Assembly: GCA_019057375.1 (NCBI GenBank)
Contig: DXJF01000011.1
Span: 1 to 64,000, forward strand
Origin: Candidatus Heimdallarchaeota archaeon
GTDB lineage: Archaea; Asgardarchaeota; Heimdallarchaeia; Heimdallarchaeales; Heimdallarchaeaceae
Reading direction: 5' to 3'
DNA: 64,000 nt
This document shows, in pieces, positions 19,443 through 27,987 of this stretch. Under the pieces are notes generated by a model, which did no database searches, was not told the DNA's origin, and worked only from the letters and a program-made list of their open reading frames with translations. The translations under genes were made by a program, and so were the position numbers. Positions within the stretch are counted from its first letter, which is position 1; each line of letters opens with the position of its first letter.

Positions 19443-20462
19443 CTACTTCCTTGGATAAACTATGTGTTTGAATTCTTCTAACTTCCTTATCATTGCAAAA
19501 TTGTCATCTTTCTTTGCTTCTTTTCTTAGTTCGGAATCTAATTCTAATGCCTTTTGTAAAGATTTGATGGCTCTCTTTGATTCATTCTTGCTTGAAGAAA
19601 CAATCGCTTTCATATACCAATATTCCGCATTTTGATCTTTTCTCTTAATTTGCTCTAACAACTTCTCCAATTCTTCGTATTCTTTCTTATCTAGTACTTC
19701 TTTCAACCGCAGAGATAGAACTATGTACCAATCTTCTTCAGAATCTAGCTTCGAAATTATCTCTGGAATTTTGTTATATTTTTGCTTCTTAATATAGTAA
19801 GCTCCAAGCGCAAATAGCACTTCAGGGGAGTCTGGGAAGTTTTCTAGAGCCTCTAATAACACTTTTTCTGCTGCAGCGAGATTTGCTGTATTTATGTAAC
19901 AAAACGATAAGTTAATCCAATCTTTAGCTGATCCTTCTCTTAGAGATAAGCCATCCAGATACAGATTAACAGCTAAATCATATTTCTTATCTCGTCTATA
20001 GAGCCTTGCTAGGCGAAAATAAGCTTTTGCAAAAGAACGGTCTACTTCAATACATTTTGCATAATATCGTTTAGCTGTTTTTGTTTTTCCTGCCCTTTCA
20101 TGATCTAAGCCTAAGGTATAAAGTATATCTGATTCTTCCTCTCCTTTTTTTAAACACTTGAGGTGTGTTTTGATAGCTTTTGCATAATCCTTATTCCGCC
20201 TATAAGCGATTCCAAGAAGAAGTAAAGCTTTTTTTGATTCAGGATTAAGTTCTAGATATTCTTCAAGATATCTAATGGTTAGATTATACTTCTCTGCTTT
20301 CATTTCTAGAGCCGCAATTCGTAGCAATCCCTCGGGATTTTCTTTGCCTATCTTGTAGCTAAAATAAGCTGATCTTGCTGCTAGATGTAGTTTCTTTTTA
20401 CCTTCCCATCTATCTGACATTTTTGTCAAAGGGCGAGTGAAGAATCTACGCAAAGATATCAT
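19443..20462 (-). CDS. Tetratricopeptide repeat protein
   Basis: About seven 34-aa repeats with LG/A-x-x-Y...A signature, and a C-terminal AIKSLQKALELD motif. Confidence 0.88.
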   Translation of the reverse strand: MISLRRFFTRPLTKMSDRWEGKKKLHLAARSAYFSYKIGKENPEGLLRIAALEMKAEKYNLTIRYLEEYLELNPESKKALLLLGIAYRRNKDYAKAIKTHLKCLKKGEEESDILYTLGLDHERAGKTKTAKRYYAKCIEVDRSFAKAYFRLARLYRRDKKYDLAVNLYLDGLSLREGSAKDWINLSFCYINTANLAAAEKVLLEALENFPDSPEVLFALGAYYIKKQKYNKIPEIISKLDSEEDWYIVLSLRLKEVLDKKEYEELEKLLEQIKRKDQNAEYWYMKAIVSSSKNESKRAIKSLQKALELDSELRKEAKKDDNFAMIRKLEEFKHIVYPRK

Positions 20463-20545
20463 TAGGTATCTAATTACATTTTCAAGTAAAAATTTATCGG
20501 AAAAGGAAACGAAAGAAATATTTGCTGCTATTCTCTATTCTATCT

Positions 20546-21268
20546 ATGGAAGTTTCCAAAGAAGTTTCATGGGATTGGATTGGTAACCATCTACGAGTTA
20601 AAATTCTATTCTCTTCTGCAGGTTTAGCAACTCAAATACTGGTAAATGACATTGAGAAAGATTCAAATTTTTTGATAGATGTGGGTGATGGAATATTACG
20701 CGATTTGGTTTCTTTACCTAGCAAATATTACGAAAACATAGATACCATACTAATCACTCATGGCCATTTTGATCATGTGGGAGGTATATTTTCACTTTTA
20801 GCTTTTTTCAGATTGATAAATAGAAGTAAAAAACTTCTTTTGATTGCACCCTCAAATGTTGTTGAGTTAGAAGGACTAGTAAAAACGTTTTATGATAGTT
20901 ATAGAGAATCAATTCCTTATCAACTTGAAATTGTTAATATGGAAAAGGAATTCAAATTAGAGAATACGCTAATCTCTGCTTTTGCTGTTCAACATCGAGG
21001 ATCAATAATAGGTGGGGGAAAACTTCCCAATATTCCCTCTGTAGGATATATAATAAGCAAGAATGCAGAAAAAGTCCTTTACACTGGAGATACAGGTTAT
21101 TTTGATCAATTAAAGGAACATGTAAGAGGTGTAGATTATGCTCTAATTGAGGGGACATATAAAGATAAGAAGACGCCTTTTCATCTTACATATAGTGAAG
21201 CAGAAGAAATCGGGAAATTAGCCAAAAACTATCAAATTATTCATCAAATTATGTCTAGAGGAACTTGA
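20546..21268 (+). CDS. Metallo-beta-lactamase fold protein (RNase Z-like)
   Basis: LIDVGDG, THGHFDH, VQH, YTGDT, EGTY and HLT motifs; ATG at 20546. Confidence 0.82.
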   Translation: MEVSKEVSWDWIGNHLRVKILFSSAGLATQILVNDIEKDSNFLIDVGDGILRDLVSLPSKYYENIDTILITHGHFDHVGGIFSLLAFFRLINRSKKLLLIAPSNVVELEGLVKTFYDSYRESIPYQLEIVNMEKEFKLENTLISAFAVQHRGSIIGGGKLPNIPSVGYIISKNAEKVLYTGDTGYFDQLKEHVRGVDYALIEGTYKDKKTPFHLTYSEAEEIGKLAKNYQIIHQIMSRGT

Positions 21269-21357
21269 ACTGGAACATATTATTCTTCTTTTACAGTATT
21301 TCACAAAATGCTACCACATATTTTTATATAGTTGAAATTCATTATTTAACAGATAAC

Positions 21358-22059
21358 ATGGCTGATAAGAAACGACCTCCCAAGAGCAAGGACGAAAAAT
21401 CAGATAAGGGTCCCATTATGTTTGAAGAAAATATCAAAAAGCATAAAGAAAGTATAGATGACGAATATTTTTCAGATGAAGATCCTCAGCCTAAATCAAC
21501 GAGTGCATATATGATTAAGTTAGTTTTAATTGGTGATGCTGCTGTTGGTAAAACATCTATAAGGAAAAGATATCTTGGTGAGGGGTTTCAGAAAGAGCAT
21601 TTAGCTACTCTTGGAGCTGATTTTGCTGCCACTACAAGAATTGTTGATGATTATAAGATAAAGTATCAAATCTGGGATTTAGCTGGGCAACCCATGTTTA
21701 AAAATGTTAGACCAAGGTTTTTCAAAGGATGTTTTGGGGCCTTAGCAGTATTGGATATAACACGAAGAGAAACATTTCTTAACTTAGGTAGTTGGATAGA
21801 GGAGTTATACCAATTTAGCGGTAAAGGAGTTGTTCCTGTCATAATACTTGCGAATAAAATGGATCTTGTCGATGAACAAGAAGTAACAATTGAAGAAGTA
21901 AAGTCGTTTGTAAAAAAGCTAAATAAGAAAACAAAAGAGCATTCAATGGAAAATTTCCTCTTAGAAACCTCAGCTAAAACAGGATTGAACATAGATAAAT
22001 CGTTTGAAATTCTTAGTGAGCACATTATTGAAAGATTCTCTACACCGAATGAAGAATAA
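21358..22059 (+). CDS. Rab-like small GTPase with charged N-terminal extension
   Basis: G1 GDAAVGKT, G2 TLGADF, G3 WDLAGQ, G4 NKMD, G5 ETSAK; start MADKKRPP at 21358. Confidence 0.92.
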   Translation: MADKKRPPKSKDEKSDKGPIMFEENIKKHKESIDDEYFSDEDPQPKSTSAYMIKLVLIGDAAVGKTSIRKRYLGEGFQKEHLATLGADFAATTRIVDDYKIKYQIWDLAGQPMFKNVRPRFFKGCFGALAVLDITRRETFLNLGSWIEELYQFSGKGVVPVIILANKMDLVDEQEVTIEEVKSFVKKLNKKTKEHSMENFLLETSAKTGLNIDKSFEILSEHIIERFSTPNEE

Positions 22060-22065
22060 TTTTTG

Positions 22066-22311
22066 TCATATTAGTTTAAAAAGATAGACCCCTATCAAGA
22101 GTACTTCACACGCTACAAGAATGATTCCTGCTATAACGTGACCATAAATAAAGCTCATAGTTAAACTAAAACCAGTTAAAATAATACCTATAAAAATAAA
22201 CCAGTTATCAAAGGAACCAAGATATTGATGGTAACTTTTCTTCAGAAAATTGTTTATGGTCACCAATAAATTCTTCGAATCGTTTGTTTTCTCTGATTTT
22301 TCTATACTCAT
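22066..22311 (-). CDS. Small two-TM membrane protein
   Basis: 81-aa ORF with two hydrophobic helices. Confidence 0.55.
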   Translation of the reverse strand: MSIEKSEKTNDSKNLLVTINNFLKKSYHQYLGSFDNWFIFIGIILTGFSLTMSFIYGHVIAGIILVACEVLLIGVYLFKLI

Positions 22312-22491
22312 TCAATAACTTCCTTTGCTAGATTTCTTGTTTGAATCAATCCTAATTTACCTTCTATATTTATATTTTTATTCTTTCCATATAACTAGCA
22401 AAGTAATCTTTTTAAACGTGGTTTGTTCCCCAGAGATTGAAAAATACATAAGAGTTCTCTCTTTCAAAACTCAAGAGGACGAGTGAAAATT

Positions 22492-22956
22492 ATGCCAACA
22501 GCTTACGATGTTCCATCTGATTTACTTATTAAAAAAATAACTGAAGAATTGAAAAAGGAAGCAGAAATCAAACCACCTGAATGGGCCGTATATGCCAAAA
22601 CTGGAGTTCATAAAGAAAATTCTCCTGTTCAAGAAGACTGGTGGTATATTAGAGCTGCCTCTATGTTAAGAAAAATTTACTTTTATGGTCCAATAGGTGT
22701 ATCAAGATTACGAATTGCTTATGGTGGTCGTCATAGAAGAGGTGTAAAACCTGAGCACTTTGCTAGAGGTAGCGGAGCTGTAATTAGAAAGATACTTCAA
22801 CAGTTAGAAAAAGCAAACTATATCCAGAAGAAGAGTGGTAAGGGGAGCAAAGGACGTGTAATCGTAGGACGTGTTTTAACTCCAAAAGGTTATTCTTTTG
22901 TGGATAAATTATCAGCTGATTTAAAGAGAGAAATTCCCGCTTTAGAAAAATATTAA
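22492..22956 (+). CDS. rps19e: 30S ribosomal protein eS19
   Basis: PPEWA...KTG...[26 protein letters not shown]. Confidence 0.97.
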   Translation: MPTAYDVPSDLLIKKITEELKKEAEIKPPEWAVYAKTGVHKENSPVQEDWWYIRAASMLRKIYFYGPIGVSRLRIAYGGRHRRGVKPEHFARGSGAVIRKILQQLEKANYIQKKSGKGSKGRVIVGRVLTPKGYSFVDKLSADLKREIPALEKY

Positions 22957-23024
22957 GATTATTGAGAAGAATTCGGTTACAGAAATTAAACTTTGAACAG
23001 TTCAATAAGCAAGGGTGCGAAGAA

Positions 23025-23360
23025 ATGTATGATGAAGACGAATTGGAAGTAATAAGACAAAGGAAAAGAGCACAATTACAGGAGCAACAAGGAGCTCAAG
23101 CACAAGAGGAGCAACAAGCAACTCTTGAAGCTCAAAAACAAGTAATCCTTCGTCAAATTCTTACTGAGGAAGCTAGACAACGTCTTACTAACGTTAAACT
23201 TGTTCGTTCTCAACTCGCAGAAGCTGTTGAAGTAAGACTGATACAATTAGCTCAAGAAGGAGCAATCAGTGGTAAATTGACTGATGATCAACTAAAAGAA
23301 ATTCTTCGTCAAATTCAAGGGCAAAAAAGAGAATCAAAAATCGATATAAGGCGATTATAA
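23025..23360 (+). CDS. PDCD5-family DNA-binding protein
   Basis: [29 protein letters not shown]; conserved position after rps19e. Confidence 0.92.
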   Translation: MYDEDELEVIRQRKRAQLQEQQGAQAQEEQQATLEAQKQVILRQILTEEARQRLTNVKLVRSQLAEAVEVRLIQLAQEGAISGKLTDDQLKEILRQIQGQKRESKIDIRRL

Positions 23361-23515
23361 TGGCAAGAAATAAACAACTACCAAGAAAACTCAGGTATGC
23401 AAATGAGATGAAATCTAATAAACCTGTTCCAAGTTGGTGTGTTATACGAACTAACAGACGCTTTCGAACCCATCCAAAACGTAGAAGATGGAGATCTACT
23501 CGCATTAAAAGATAA
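23360..23515 (+). CDS. rpl39e: 50S ribosomal protein eL39 (not in ORF track, 51 aa)
   Basis: [51 protein letters not shown]; TAATG overlap with the upstream gene. Confidence 0.95.
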   Translation: MARNKQLPRKLRYANEMKSNKPVPSWCVIRTNRRFRTHPKRRRWRSTRIKR

Positions 23516-23529
23516 GGAGAAGAAGAATC

Positions 23530-23970
23530 ATGTCTCAAGAATCTATAGAGAACATTTACACCATTCCATTCTATCCTCAACTGAATAAGACAGCACCTTA
23601 TAAAAGGACACCAAGAGCTATTAGACTCCTCAAAGAATACATCTACAAACACACAAAAGCTGATGATGTTATAATAGACGAGGAATTAAATGAATTCATG
23701 TGGAAAAGAGGAATTCAAAAACCACCAAGAAAAATTAAGGTTCGTGCAGTAGTTGAAACAATTGAAGAGGAAAAAATAGCTACAGTTGAACTAATCCATG
23801 AAGAAGTGGATGCTGCGGCACGCCCACAACTTGATGGTATCGCAATTCCTGGGGAATTAGAAGAGGAAGAGGAGGAGGAAGAAGAGGAAGAAGACGGAGA
23901 AGAAGTAGATATAGCCCCCGTCGAAACTTCTGAATCTGAAGAAACTCCAGAAGAGGAACAGTCTAAATAA
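23530..23970 (+). CDS. rpl31e: 50S ribosomal protein eL31 with acidic C-terminal extension
   Basis: IYTIP, RTPRAIR, NEFMWKRGIQKPPRKIKVR; Glu-rich tail. Confidence 0.95.
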   Translation: MSQESIENIYTIPFYPQLNKTAPYKRTPRAIRLLKEYIYKHTKADDVIIDEELNEFMWKRGIQKPPRKIKVRAVVETIEEEKIATVELIHEEVDAAARPQLDGIAIPGELEEEEEEEEEEEDGEEVDIAPVETSESEETPEEEQSK

Positions 23971-24008
23971 AACTGATCCTTTATTTTCATTTTTTGAGGT
24001 AGATAATT

Positions 24009-24683
24009 TTGGATATTGCAAAGACTACTATATTAGGTAATTCGGGATTAGGTGTTTTTGCATTATCTACCGAAGGTTTTTCCATTGTTCCTTATAGTGT
24101 TAAAGAATCCTCTCTCAAAGTGATTGCAGATACGTTGAGTGTAAATGTAATTCAAACCACTATTGCAAATTCAGTTCTTGTTGGAACTATGGTTGTAGGT
24201 AATTCAAAGGCTATTTTTGTCCCTCAAAACATTAAAGAAAAGGAATACAAAATACTTGAAGAAAACCTTTCTGATCAGACTAAACTCGTGGAACTAAACA
24301 GTAAATATACTGCTCTTGGAAACCTAATCGTTATGAACGATAAAGGAGCAATTGTAAGTGATATGCTTGAAAAGAATGCTCAAAAACAGATTCAAGATGA
24401 ATTAAACATAGAGATAACTGTAGGGAATCTACTTGGTTCTCCACTAGTTGGTAGTCTTGCAATGTCTACTAATCGAGGAGCACTTGTTCATCCTCTTCTT
24501 TCTGAGGAAGAAATCAAGGAAATTGCATCCATTCTCCGTGTTAAAGTTGATGTTTGCACTATAAATAGAGGAATTCCTTATCCAAGAGTTGGTATAATCG
24601 CTAATTCCAAAGGAGCAGTAATTGGTACTGATAGTACAGGTCCAGAGAGTATGCGAATCTTTGAAGTTTTATTAACTCCTTAA
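24009..24683 (+). CDS. eif6: Translation initiation factor 6 (aIF6)
   Basis: GNSGLGVF, ALGNLI.ND.GA, LVHP, TINRG.PY, ANSKG, TGPE repeats of the pentein fold. Confidence 0.95.
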   Translation: MDIAKTTILGNSGLGVFALSTEGFSIVPYSVKESSLKVIADTLSVNVIQTTIANSVLVGTMVVGNSKAIFVPQNIKEKEYKILEENLSDQTKLVELNSKYTALGNLIVMNDKGAIVSDMLEKNAQKQIQDELNIEITVGNLLGSPLVGSLAMSTNRGALVHPLLSEEEIKEIASILRVKVDVCTINRGIPYPRVGIIANSKGAVIGTDSTGPESMRIFEVLLTP

Positions 24684-24753
24684 AGACTTTAGATTCAAAA
24701 ACTTGAAAAACCCTTTTGCAATCGGGAAATAACTAAGATAAGGTGAACGCTAG

Positions 24754-25023
24754 ATGAGCTCTGTTAAAACATTCCATATCCGTGGCGAATATAAGAGAAA
24801 AAAAGATAAGATACCTTTTGGTAAATACGTTAGAGCATTAAATCAAGAAGATGCTTTGGAACAAATCTATAACGTTCTTGGAAGCAAACATAAAGTAAAA
24901 CGAAATTTGATTTTTATTGATCCTAAAGATATCAAAGAAATCACCAATCCTGATGATATTAAAGATCCTGTTATCAAAGCATTTGCTACAGAAGACGATT
25001 TAGCTATTCCAAAAAGGAAGTGA
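24754..25023 (+). CDS. rplX: 50S ribosomal protein eL20 (L18Ae/LX)
   Basis: ALEQIYNVLGSKHKVKR motif; conserved position between eIF6 and prefoldin. Confidence 0.92.
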   Translation: MSSVKTFHIRGEYKRKKDKIPFGKYVRALNQEDALEQIYNVLGSKHKVKRNLIFIDPKDIKEITNPDDIKDPVIKAFATEDDLAIPKRK

Positions 25024-25457
25024 AAAGACTGTCAAAAGATTCTTCCCCTCAACAAGTTTCTCAAGAGGAACTAAATAATCTATTAATGGCAGCTCAACAA
25101 TTGGAGCAACAAGCAACTAGATATAACCAACAAATAGAAATTTTGAATGGTTATTACAACGAAATTCATAGTGCTGAACAAACATTGAGAGATCTTGACA
25201 AAGCAGAGGAAAATAACAAAATTCTAGTTCCTATAGGAGCGGGTAATTTCATATATGCATCCGTTGAAAATGGTGAGAACGTTATTGTTACAATAGGGGC
25301 AGGAGTTCACAGTGAAAAATCACTTCAAGATGCTACTGAAGGTATCAAGAAGAAGAAGACAGATGTCGAAAATCAACTCACTCAAATAAAAGCTAGTTAC
25401 AATGAAGTATTAGAACGTTTGAGAGAAATTGATAGAGTGGTCAAATCTGTTATGTAA
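25020..25457 (+). CDS. pfdA: Prefoldin alpha subunit
   Basis: Coiled coils flanking LVPIGAGNF...VIVTIGAGVHSEK hairpins. Confidence 0.93.
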   Translation: MKRLSKDSSPQQVSQEELNNLLMAAQQLEQQATRYNQQIEILNGYYNEIHSAEQTLRDLDKAEENNKILVPIGAGNFIYASVENGENVIVTIGAGVHSEKSLQDATEGIKKKKTDVENQLTQIKASYNEVLERLREIDRVVKSVM

Positions 25458-25476
25458 GAGGAGATGGGAGATTCTC

Positions 25477-26388
25477 TTGTTTGATCAACTTCGAAAAAGC
25501 GTTTCAAAAACTTTCAAAAAGATTACAATTACTGATTTTTCTGCAAAATCAATTGCAAAAGTAAACAAAGAATTAAAGGATATTCTCATCAAAAACGAAG
25601 TTGCTGTAAAAACAACCGATGAAATTTGTAAAAGATTTGCGAAGAAAATGTCAGAGATCGAGTATACAAGATTTTCTAACACTAGGTCAATTGTATTGGC
25701 ATCCTTAAGAGAAGTATTATTAGAAATATTGACTCCATCACAATCTATAGATCTCATTGAGCATGTAAAAATTGCAAGAGAAAGAAAAAGTCCTCTAGTT
25801 ATAGCTTTTTTTGGAGTTAATGGTGTAGGAAAAACGCTTTCTATTGCAAAAATTGGAAAATATCTAATGGATAATGGGTATTCAAGCGTCTTTGCCGCAG
25901 GAGACACATTTAGAGCAGGAAGTATTCAACAATTGCAGAAGCATGGAGATAATCTAAATATAAGAGTAATTGCTCAAAACTACGGTTCTGACGCTGCTGC
26001 AGTTGCTTATGATGCGATAAATCATGCAACTTCAAAAGGGATAGATGTTGTTTTAATTGACACAGCAGGAAGAATGGAAACTAATTCAAATCTAATGGCT
26101 GAACTGCAAAAAATATGTAAGGTTTCAGAACCAGATCTAAAATTCTTTGTGGGTGATGCCCTTACAGGTAATGCCCTAATTTCTCAAGCAAAGCTGTTCA
26201 ACCAAAAAATTGGAATCGATGCTTCTATATTGAATAAAATTGATGCCGATGTCAAAGGTGGAGCTGCAGTTTCAGTTACCCATATAAGCGAAAAACCTAT
26301 AATTTTCTTAGGTGTTGGACAAAATTATGAGGATCTTGAATCCTTCTCTGCAGAAATGATTTTAGACAATATACTACCAACTAAATAG
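25477..26388 (+). CDS. ftsY: Signal recognition particle receptor FtsY (NG domain)
   Basis: GVNGVGKT, DTFRAG, DTAGR, KID.D.KGG; probable TTG start at 25477 after GGGAG. Confidence 0.95.
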   Translation: MFDQLRKSVSKTFKKITITDFSAKSIAKVNKELKDILIKNEVAVKTTDEICKRFAKKMSEIEYTRFSNTRSIVLASLREVLLEILTPSQSIDLIEHVKIARERKSPLVIAFFGVNGVGKTLSIAKIGKYLMDNGYSSVFAAGDTFRAGSIQQLQKHGDNLNIRVIAQNYGSDAAAVAYDAINHATSKGIDVVLIDTAGRMETNSNLMAELQKICKVSEPDLKFFVGDALTGNALISQAKLFNQKIGIDASILNKIDADVKGGAAVSVTHISEKPIIFLGVGQNYEDLESFSAEMILDNILPTK

Positions 26389-26464
26389 CGAATTGTTCTC
26401 GTTTTTATTCTATTTTCATTATACCTAAACTATAAAATAAGGAAAAAAAGAAAATAAAAAAGAA

Positions 26465-27748
26465 TTATTTTGGTGTTACGTCTTTTATAATACCAACAGC
26501 TACGGTTTGACCCATGTCTCTGATTGCGAAACGTCCTAATTGTGGGAAGTCTTCATATTTTTCCGCAACCATATCACGAGTTGGAATCATCACTACTTCA
26601 GCTGTATCTCCATTCTTCAAGAAGTCTGGATTATCTGTTTTAACTCCTTTTGTAACTTTTGTCTTAAGCTCAGCAAAACGAGTAGCAACTTGAGCAGTTC
26701 CACAGTGAATAACTGGTGAATATCCTACAGCTATTGCAGAAGGATGTCTGATTACTTGCACTGTTGCTATGAAGTCTTTTACAATGGTTGGAGGTTTGTC
26801 TGCATGGCCAACAACATCTCCACGACGAACATCTTTCTTTTCTAAACCTTTACAACTAAAACCAATGTTATCTCCAGGTATAGCTTCAGGAATTGTTTCG
26901 TGATGCATCTCAATAGACATTACATTTGATTTTTTGCCTGTAGGTTGGAAGATTATGTTGTCCTTTGGTTTAAGAACACCAGTTTCAACACGACCAACTG
27001 GTACTGTACCAATTCCTGTAATTGTATAAACATCCTGAAGAGGTAGTCTTAAGGGTTTATCAACTGGCTTAGGTGGCACTTCAAAAGTGTCTAAAGCATC
27101 AAGAACTGTGAGACCTGTATACCATGGCATAGATTCTGGTTTTTCATTAAGATTATCTCCTTTCATACCACTTGTTGGAACGAAGGATACTTTCTTCATG
27201 TCAAAACCAAATAGTTTGAGGTTTCTTGCCATTTCATCCTTAACTTCATCAAAACGTTCTTGTTTGTAGTTTGCAAGATCCATTTTATTGACAGCTACTA
27301 TTAGTTGATCAACACCTAGTGTTTTTGCTAGTAAAGCATGTTCTCTAGTTTGCCCTGTTGTACTAATTCCTGCCTCGAATTCACCTGTACCAGCACTGAT
27401 TACGAGAATTGCTGCATCAGCTTGAGAAGTACCTGTTATCATGTTTTTGACAAAATCACGATGTCCGGGTGCATCGATAATTGTAAAATAATACTTCTTT
27501 GTTTGGAATTTATAAAATGCAAGATCGATGGTTACCCCTCTTTCTCTCTCTTCTTTTAATTTGTCTAAAGCCCAGGCAAATTTAAAGCTGCCTCGTCCTA
27601 TTAATTCAGCTTCTTTTTCAAATTTTTGGATATCTCTTTCTGAAATGCTTCCGCACACATAGAGTAAATGTCCAGTCATAGTAGATTTACCATGATCAAC
27701 GTGACCAATGATTACCAAATTCAAATGAGGTTTCCCTTTTGAGCTCAT
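26465..27748 (-). CDS. tuf: Elongation factor 1-alpha
   Basis: GHVDHGKST, RGVTI, DAPGHRDF, NKMD, GRFAIRDMG. Confidence 0.98.
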   Translation of the reverse strand: MSSKGKPHLNLVIIGHVDHGKSTMTGHLLYVCGSISERDIQKFEKEAELIGRGSFKFAWALDKLKEERERGVTIDLAFYKFQTKKYYFTIIDAPGHRDFVKNMITGTSQADAAILVISAGTGEFEAGISTTGQTREHALLAKTLGVDQLIVAVNKMDLANYKQERFDEVKDEMARNLKLFGFDMKKVSFVPTSGMKGDNLNEKPESMPWYTGLTVLDALDTFEVPPKPVDKPLRLPLQDVYTITGIGTVPVGRVETGVLKPKDNIIFQPTGKKSNVMSIEMHHETIPEAIPGDNIGFSCKGLEKKDVRRGDVVGHADKPPTIVKDFIATVQVIRHPSAIAVGYSPVIHCGTAQVATRFAELKTKVTKGVKTDNPDFLKNGDTAEVVMIPTRDMVAEKYEDFPQLGRFAIRDMGQTVAVGIIKDVTPK

Positions 27749-27987
27749 TTCATATACACCTTTTTGATTAGCAGTACTAACATTATTTATTTGATGTACT
27801 ATTAGTATTATCCCCCCGTTGAATTTTTAAAAGCATTTTGGTTGCGTTGTTTTTGTCTAATTCTCTTCTTCAGTAGTTTGAGCATTACCATTTGTAGTAC
27901 TACCCTCTTCAAATACAAGATATTTGACTAGATGAAATTGATTCAAAATGAAAAATGAAAAAAGGAAAAATAGTTGAAGATTATTAA

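Noticed and set aside
22962-23024. Extended N-termini given by the ORF track (PDCD5, DP1, Sec61beta, GTPase, FtsY)
   Set aside because: The extensions overlap intergenic, tRNA or upstream-gene sequence; downstream starts match family lengths.
23860-23905. GAA/GAG microsatellite
   Set aside because: It is mixed-codon poly-Glu coding sequence within rpl31e, not an independent repeat element.
27790-27987. Micro-ORF after STT3 (…LVKYLVFEEGSTTNGNAQTTEEEN*) as an OST4-like subunit
   Set aside because: No ATG; the hydrophobic part derives from the T-rich terminator region; no resemblance to OST4.
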